64,000 bases of DNA from a virus (lineage: Duplodnaviria; Heunggongvirae; Uroviricota; Caudoviricetes). Below, in pieces: positions 58,234 to 64,000 of the stretch. The notes beneath the pieces were generated by a model, which saw only the letters and a program-made list of their open reading frames with translations, was not told where the DNA came from and made no database searches. A program made the position numbers and the translations under genes. The stretch is from IMG/VR virus record IMGVR_UViG_3300028888_000113. One strand, 5' to 3'. Position 1 is the first letter of the stretch; each line of letters opens with the position of its first letter.

Positions 58234-58929
58234 ATGAAAGAAAGAACGTTTTTACCCGTGAACTGTTGGGCAGCGGAAGATATTCCATCCAACAAAATCA
58301 TTGATGCAAATCCTGAGAATCTGAGCAATGCAGAGTTGCTTTCGATTATCCTTGGTACAGGTTCCGACAAAGAAACATCTGTTGACTTGGCGAGAAGGAT
58401 TCTCATGTCTTGCGACAATAATCTTGCAGAACTCTCTAAGAAAACACCTCGCCAACTCACATATATGCGTGGTGTCGGCAAGCAGAAAGCTGCAAAGATT
58501 ATTGCAGCAATGGAACTCGGAAAGCGCAGGCAGAATCAAATACTGTCTGATAAGCCTGACTTGGGTACGGCTTGCCGTATCTACAATCACATGCACCCAA
58601 TCATGCAGGATCTCGACGTTGAAGAGTTCTGGTGCCTTTTTATAAATCGTAACTACAAACTTATCAAGAAGTTCCGAGTGTCGAGAGGTGGACTTACAGA
58701 AACAGCCGTAGATATTCGTATCATCATGCGTGAGGCCGTTGTCTCAAATGCGACAATCCTTGCAGTATGTCACAATCACCCGTCTGGAAATCTTACTCCA
58801 TCTAAGTGTGATGACGAACTTACAACGTCAATCAAGCGTGCTTGTGAAGTAATGAGAATCTATTTCCTGGATCACGTTATCATTACAGATGGCGCATACT
58901 ACAGTTATCATGAGCAAGGGCGCATTTAG
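58234..58929 (+). CDS. radC: RadC-like JAB/MPN domain protein
   Basis: N-terminal HhH-like ELLSIILGTGSD and the catalytic JAMM motif HNHPSGNLTPSKCDDELT. Confidence 0.75.
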   Translation: MKERTFLPVNCWAAEDIPSNKIIDANPENLSNAELLSIILGTGSDKETSVDLARRILMSCDNNLAELSKKTPRQLTYMRGVGKQKAAKIIAAMELGKRRQNQILSDKPDLGTACRIYNHMHPIMQDLDVEEFWCLFINRNYKLIKKFRVSRGGLTETAVDIRIIMREAVVSNATILAVCHNHPSGNLTPSKCDDELTTSIKRACEVMRIYFLDHVIITDGAYYSYHEQGRI

Positions 58930-58990
58930 TCTTCTTTTTGACCACCTTTTTGACTGAGGTGGTCAAAACCATAACCAAACTTTTACGAAT

Positions 58991-60283
58991 ATGAATAAAA
59001 AAGATTTATTGAGTTATTGCTGGAAGCATAGTCTGTTCGGCAATGTCGTAACAACCGACGGGAAGAGTGTTGACATTTTAGATCCAGGATTGCACAATCG
59101 CAACGAAGGGCCTACGTTTTTCAATGCGAAAGTCAGATTCAACAACACTCTTTGGGTGGGTAACGCTCAGATTCTCGTAAATTCCTCAGATTGGTACTTG
59201 AATAGTTTTGATCGTAATCATAAGTACGACAATGTTATTCTTATCATCTGTGACATCGTGGACTCAGAGGTTACAAACTCGAAGGGTGAGACTATTCCGA
59301 TAGCACAAGGCATTATTCCTGAGAATGTCACTCGCAACTGCAATACTCTCATGGGACTTGGCGGCGATTTCCTCTGTCATAGTTATGTCATGGAGTATTC
59401 TACGACACTTATGCGTCATGCGTGGTTGTCTGCTATGCAAACAGAATGGCTTGAGCAGAAGACTGAGCATCTACGTCAGATCTACCGTCAGAACAAATCA
59501 ATGGAAGACACGTTCTTTATCTCTCTGTTCAGCAGCTTTGGCTTTGGTGCCAACGATGATGTAATGGAGAAACTTGCAAATGCGGTTCCTATGAGTGTTA
59601 TTGACAATTATCGCGACGATCTGTTTCAGATAGAGGCCATCATCTTAGGCCAGGCTGGCTTGATTACAGACATAGAGTGTGTTCCAGAGAAGTTTCATGA
59701 TAAAACCTTGATGGAAGGATATTTTCAGAGACTCCGTAACGAGTATCTGTATCTTGCCCATAAGTATTCGATGAAACCAATCTCTGCAAGATTCAAGCCG
59801 TTCAACCGACGCTTCTCCAGCCCTCATGTGTACCTGTCGATGCTTGCAAACCTCATTTACAGAAGATCTATCAGCAGCAGCATAGTCACTGGTCTTGCTT
59901 CTGCAAAGGAAGTCATGGATCAGCTCTTCACAAAGGCTACTCCATATTGGGAAATGCACAATCAGTTTGGTGCCATTACAAACAAGACAGAGAAGAAACT
60001 GAGTTTCGATAAGATGTCGTACATCATGGCTGCTTCCATCGTTCCGTTCCTCTTCTTCTATGGAAGAGAGAAGTCTAATGAGGAAATCTGTGACCGTGCT
60101 TTCGACATCATGGAGCAGATGAAGGTTTTCTCTACTGCAGAATCATCGTCTTTCGCCAAGCACGGATTGGAGCCGGCTACAGCAGGAGATACGATTGCGC
60201 TAACTCAGATGAAACGTGAGTATTGCCAGAAGCACGACTGCCTGCGTTGTCGCTTTGGCTTTGAGTTCATTAGAAAGCATTAG
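58991..60283 (+). CDS. Conserved hypothetical protein (430 aa)
   Basis: Long ORF ending in a Cys cluster (CQKHDCLRCRFGFEF). No motif I can assign. Confidence 0.4.
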   Translation: MNKKDLLSYCWKHSLFGNVVTTDGKSVDILDPGLHNRNEGPTFFNAKVRFNNTLWVGNAQILVNSSDWYLNSFDRNHKYDNVILIICDIVDSEVTNSKGETIPIAQGIIPENVTRNCNTLMGLGGDFLCHSYVMEYSTTLMRHAWLSAMQTEWLEQKTEHLRQIYRQNKSMEDTFFISLFSSFGFGANDDVMEKLANAVPMSVIDNYRDDLFQIEAIILGQAGLITDIECVPEKFHDKTLMEGYFQRLRNEYLYLAHKYSMKPISARFKPFNRRFSSPHVYLSMLANLIYRRSISSSIVTGLASAKEVMDQLFTKATPYWEMHNQFGAITNKTEKKLSFDKMSYIMAASIVPFLFFYGREKSNEEICDRAFDIMEQMKVFSTAESSSFAKHGLEPATAGDTIALTQMKREYCQKHDCLRCRFGFEFIRKH

Positions 60284-60301
60284 TCTCTTAGAGAGCCTTG
60301 C

Positions 60302-60556
60302 ATGGCTCTCACTATAAACCAATCTAAAAGAATTATGGCATTATACACTGGAGAAGAAGCGAGGAAAATAGTTCACATGATTCTCGCTCATTACAATGAG
60401 GACAGCAAACGCTATCCTCTGTTTATTGGCTGTTGTGGCTACTTTGAGAATGAGGATGGCACTTGGTCCGCATGGGATAACATGACGGGCGACTGTTGGT
60501 GCGAGGATTTCAAGACCAAGAATGAGGCCATTGCCTACGTCGAAGAGTATCATTAG
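60302..60556 (+). CDS. Hypothetical small protein (likely starts at the internal ATG near 60335)
   Basis: The annotated ATG lies inside the intergenic hairpin loop (TTGCATGG). A downstream ATG has the array's usual AAGAATT-ATG context. Confidence 0.3.
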   Translation: MALTINQSKRIMALYTGEEARKIVHMILAHYNEDSKRYPLFIGCCGYFENEDGTWSAWDNMTGDCWCEDFKTKNEAIAYVEEYH

Positions 60557-60615
60557 TCTATCATGGTTGTGAAACATGCTTCACAACCATCAATCAACTT
60601 TTAAAACAAAGAATT

Positions 60616-61035
60616 ATGAACAAAGTAGATTTAAGAAACGGCCTTGACTATTGCCGTAACTATATGATCTCGCAACTCACTCAGTATGTTCTTGAGCATG
60701 GTGAGGAAATGTGTGATTATTATCGTAACGAACATGGTATAGATGATGACGAGGTTCTTAAACTTATAGACCTCGCTGACTGCGGTTGCTATTTCTCGTT
60801 GCCACAGAAGTTCCAGGCAGAGAATAATGAAGATGATTACGAACATTCTGCTTTCTGGACGTTATATGTAATTAGGGAAAGCGATGGCGAGATCAATTTG
60901 ATGTATTATCGTTTCTATAACTACGGATTTGATTTCGACGATGAACTATCTGAGCCTGATCACGACTATGCAGCCAGCCTTCCTATTTCGGCACTGGAGT
61001 ATATATATGAAGCCGTCCTATCGATTCCAGATTAA
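60616..61035 (+). CDS. Acidic hypothetical protein (last cassette-array gene)
   Basis: 139-aa ORF followed by a terminal copy of the intergenic module (CTGCCGA-TTCG-TCGGCAG, TAACAACCAAA). Confidence 0.35.
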   Translation: MNKVDLRNGLDYCRNYMISQLTQYVLEHGEEMCDYYRNEHGIDDDEVLKLIDLADCGCYFSLPQKFQAENNEDDYEHSAFWTLYVIRESDGEINLMYYRFYNYGFDFDDELSEPDHDYAASLPISALEYIYEAVLSIPD

Positions 61036-61117
61036 GTCTTTTTAACTGCCGATTCGTCGGCAGTGCTAACAACCAAATAGTAAACTATATTCAAAATTGT
61101 ACAGAATGTGCGTTCGC

Positions 61118-61382
61118 TTGTGCCCTTCACTTGTGCCCTTGATTTCTCAAAGTGCATGTGTTTATCGGTGTTTAGTTGTGCCCTTTGTTGTGCCCTTTAA
61201 CTGGTAAATAATTGACAAATATTGCTTAGATATAATGTATTTTGTAAATAATATTTATAAAATATCGAATTTCTTTCCGAAGTCTTTACAAAATATGCCA
61301 CTTGGGCACAGCAAAGGGCACGGCGCTCTTTCTGATAATCAATGTGTTACAAGCATTTGGGGCACAACGTAGGGCACAAAAC
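61118..61382. promoter_or_regulatory. Second iteron locus / origin-like region: 4 direct TTGTGCCCTT + AT-rich spacer + 4 inverted AAGGGCACA
   Basis: TTGTGCCCTT at 61118, 61131, 61176 and 61187. ~100-bp AT-rich spacer. GGGCACA-type copies at 61304, 61314, 61359 and 61371. 61301-61380 is homologous to the iteron stretch 464-572 inside the rep-like gene. Confidence 0.55.
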
Positions 61383-61544
61383 GCGCGTGTATTTATAAGG
61401 TACGCACGTTAATATAATTATATAAATATATTAATATAATAATATAAAAATATAGGTTTCGATCCGAAGTTAAAATTGTGGTCTCTGGCTGTTAAATCTT
61501 CTAAAGCAGCACTATATTATAAAATAATATTATAACTTTGCATT

Positions 61545-62483
61545 ATGAAAGAATTGAGAGGGCTCACTTATGAGCAAAACAAGAAGTTTCGCTACGCAAT
61601 AGAGTGCGGCTACTTCGACACATGGGAGCAGGACCCTCGAAAGTGGAAGCATACTTTCATTGGTGCTTTCCTTTGGAAATACCCTTCAAGGGTAAAAGTC
61701 CTGAATATACTCAAGGATATTATCGGCAATATGCCTGTATGGGAAGACATCAATGATGAAACATTGCGCGACCTTATTGATGAACTTTCTGCAAATGAAC
61801 TTGCACCCGGATCTATACGAACGATGTGTGCAGAACTGAAAGCCGTACTAAACGAGAATGCCAGGCGCATACCTTCTACAGACTTCGCAAAGATTCTGTC
61901 TATCAAAGGTACGGCTACTCAGTCCACTTATCTCACAGTCCACGAAATGGAATTGTTCTTGTCTTATGTTCCAAAAACAGATATTGAGCATTTCGTACAT
62001 CGTACCTTCTGTGTGTCTATGCTTACTGGCGCACGTCAGGTTGACGCTGCCCGTCTTACGATAAGTAACTGTGACATGGAAACAAACATGCTGTCCTATG
62101 TTCCTCAGAAAACTCCAGGGCTTATCGTCAGAGTTCCCGTTGATGAAAGACACGGCTTGCGCAATTTCCTTGCCGACGTGAATCTTGAGCCGTGTTGCCT
62201 TGATACGTTCAATGATGTGCTTAGAAGAATATGCAGCGAGATAGGAATTGAAACGGTATGTACCGTTGTCAAGGCAGGAAAGAATATCACAGAACCCAAA
62301 TGGAAACTTGTCAGCTCTCACACGGCCAGACGAACGTTTGCCACGAACCTCTATCTTGCTGGTGTATCTCTTGAAGACATAGCAATGATGATGGGACACG
62401 GAAAGAATATTGAAACGACTAAGCGGTATGTCTGTGCAGAGCGCACACTGAATCCAAATGTCATGTCTTACTTCCAGCCATAG
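61545..62483 (+). CDS. Tyrosine recombinase (Bacteroides-type integrase family)
   Basis: C-terminal catalytic signature SSHTARRTFATNLYLAGVSLEDIAMMMGHGKNIETTKRY (HxxR...GH...RY). Co-directional with the 50-61 kb array. Confidence 0.7.
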   Translation: MKELRGLTYEQNKKFRYAIECGYFDTWEQDPRKWKHTFIGAFLWKYPSRVKVLNILKDIIGNMPVWEDINDETLRDLIDELSANELAPGSIRTMCAELKAVLNENARRIPSTDFAKILSIKGTATQSTYLTVHEMELFLSYVPKTDIEHFVHRTFCVSMLTGARQVDAARLTISNCDMETNMLSYVPQKTPGLIVRVPVDERHGLRNFLADVNLEPCCLDTFNDVLRRICSEIGIETVCTVVKAGKNITEPKWKLVSSHTARRTFATNLYLAGVSLEDIAMMMGHGKNIETTKRYVCAERTLNPNVMSYFQP

Positions 62484-62485
62484 TC

Positions 62486-63712
62486 TTAGGGCAGCTCACT
62501 GCCCACCAAATAACCAATAACTCTTCTGACGGCATTATCAATCTTTCGCTGATCGGTGGCCATATATCGCGACGTAACATTCTTAGCCCATGAGTGGCCG
62601 AGGCACATGCCTATAGTTCGCTCAGATATATCAAGGTCATTGGCAGCGATAGAACCGAACGAGTATCTGGCTGAGTAAAGGGTAATCTCAGGACATATAG
62701 GCTCATACTCCATCTTACGGAGTTTTCCTACTTTGTCCTTTACCTTATGAGAAGGTCCAACCTTCTGCAGAGCATCATTGCAGGCTCTTGCGAACGAACG
62801 ATAGGAGTTTCTGCAGTCCATAAATCCGGTGAGCCATCCTTCATCCGATGGATAGCGATCAATGATTTCTTGCGCCTCTGGAAGTACAGGCAGCGTGATT
62901 GTCCTAATCTTTGTGGAACCTTGCTTGTTGGTCTTCTGCCTTACGAATGTCAGATGACCGTCTTTTATTGCGTCTGATTTCAGACTCAGCAGATCTACGG
63001 GGTTGATGCCAGCAAGGTAGAAACTCAGAAAGAAGAAGTCAACGTATGGCTTCTGCCATGACTCGCAAGGGTAGTCACGCAGTCTTCTGAGGTCTTCAAC
63101 GGATATATTGTTTGGAACGGTTTCTTCTTCCACGATATGATAATCCAAGAAGGGATAGTTCTGTGTAAGGCCACGCTTTCGTGCCCAATTGAAGACGGCA
63201 CGTATATTTCGCAGTTCCTTGCCGACACCGTTGATACTCATTCCTTCTTCTATATAGTGTGATCTGAACGATTCTATCCACTCTTTATCTATTGACAGGC
63301 CTGCCTTGCTATCAAAGTCCAGGACCTTACGGGCTGTCAGTTCATAGATGGATCGTGTTTGTTCCGTTTTTGTTCCGGCAAACTCGTAGATGTAATCGGA
63401 TAGGGTAGAGGTTTTCGGTACCATGCCGAAGACTTTCTCTTGGATTTCCTTCTTGAGTTGTTTGTTATCAGTCTTGGATAGTTCAGACTGCAGGCACAGA
63501 ACTTCAATGTCAGCAAGATACTTACCGAGAAGTGTAGTCTTAGCTTTCCCAGCTTTATCAGCTTTGGGAAAGAGCATACCAACCAGTTTGTCGGTAGTAG
63601 TGAGGCCCGTATTCACGAAGAAACGGCCTTGCTTGTTCTTTACTACGACGTACACAGGATATGTGCCGTCAGAGTTAGATCTCGTTGTGTCAACGTAAGG
63701 ATGGATTCTCAT
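62486..63712 (-). CDS. Tyrosine integrase with N-terminal Arm-DNA-binding domain, adjacent to tRNA-Gly
   Basis: 408 aa. N-terminal arm-binding-like domain, SAM-like core-binding domain, catalytic LYSARYSF...LGHS...TSRY. Lies 190 bp from the 3' end of tRNA-Gly. Confidence 0.8.
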   Translation of the reverse strand: MRIHPYVDTTRSNSDGTYPVYVVVKNKQGRFFVNTGLTTTDKLVGMLFPKADKAGKAKTTLLGKYLADIEVLCLQSELSKTDNKQLKKEIQEKVFGMVPKTSTLSDYIYEFAGTKTEQTRSIYELTARKVLDFDSKAGLSIDKEWIESFRSHYIEEGMSINGVGKELRNIRAVFNWARKRGLTQNYPFLDYHIVEEETVPNNISVEDLRRLRDYPCESWQKPYVDFFFLSFYLAGINPVDLLSLKSDAIKDGHLTFVRQKTNKQGSTKIRTITLPVLPEAQEIIDRYPSDEGWLTGFMDCRNSYRSFARACNDALQKVGPSHKVKDKVGKLRKMEYEPICPEITLYSARYSFGSIAANDLDISERTIGMCLGHSWAKNVTSRYMATDQRKIDNAVRRVIGYLVGSELP

Positions 63713-63901
63713 TTGAGTTGAATTTTGTTTGTTAATACTTGCTGACCATTATTTCGGTCAGCATTCTGATTGCTGTTTGATTTGCTGACTTTTTTCAGCC
63801 CTCAAAAACCCGCAAAAACGGCATTTTTCAACTCAGATTTGCTTATCTCTAAGCCTTTTCTTTCATAGGTTTTCGGCGTAACCGCCTGATTATCAATGTA
63901 G

Positions 63902-63972
63902 AGCGGAATACGGGAATCGAACCCGCCTCCCAGGCTTGGGAAGCCCGTGCACTACCGATGTGCTAATTCCGC
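63902..63972 (-). tRNA. tRNA-Gly (CCC), probable prophage attachment site
   Basis: I folded it by hand. Acceptor GCGGAAT/ATTCCGC, D-arm GCAC-ATCGGTA-GTGC, anticodon stem CGGGC/GCCTG with loop TTCCCAA, T-arm GCGGG-TTCGATT-CCCGT. Confidence 0.85.
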
Positions 63973-64000
63973 TTACAGCAAATTTTCGGATTTTCTGAGA

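Overview
This window is almost entirely a temperate siphovirus-like prophage (Bacteroidales-type: no Shine-Dalgarno sequences, TAnnTTTG-like promoter boxes, Bacteroides-type tyrosine integrases). It is integrated next to a tRNA-Gly(CCC) gene at the right edge, and its left end lies beyond position 1. Layout:

- 1-7.6 kb (+): early/replication block. It holds a lambda-O-like initiator with internal iterons, a C39-like peptidase, a YopX protein, a MazG-like protein and a radical-SAM protein.
- 7.7-9.8 kb (-): candidate lysis cassette.
- 10.4-13.8 kb (-): a complete diversity-generating retroelement (RT, TR, accessory gene, VR at the C-terminus of a DUF1566/C-type-lectin-like target).
- 13.8-38.8 kb (-): tail fibres, a 2001-aa tail tip protein, a 2182-aa tape measure, a tail chaperone pair with a -1 frameshift at an A10 tract, major tail, head genes and a phage tRNA-Met.
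- 39.1-43.0 kb (+): terminase large subunit, portal and a TerS-like protein.
- 43.1-49.0 kb (-): RuvC-like resolvase, P4/D5-type primase-helicase, a degenerate tRNA-like element, and an SPFH lipoprotein with a small membrane protein.
- 49-50 kb: AT-rich divergent control region.
- 50-61 kb (+): array of small genes including a stand-alone MutS mismatch-binding domain I and a RadC/JAB protein. The genes are separated by a highly stereotyped intergenic module. An ~870-bp non-coding AGTACGAT repeat region lies at 51.3-52.2 kb.
- 61.1-61.4 kb: second iteron locus homologous to the iterons inside the rep gene.
- 61.5-63.7 kb: two convergent tyrosine recombinases.
- 63.9 kb: tRNA-Gly.

All calls rest on reading the ORF translations and the raw sequence. 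No database search or structure prediction was possible, so family assignments are motif-level inferences.
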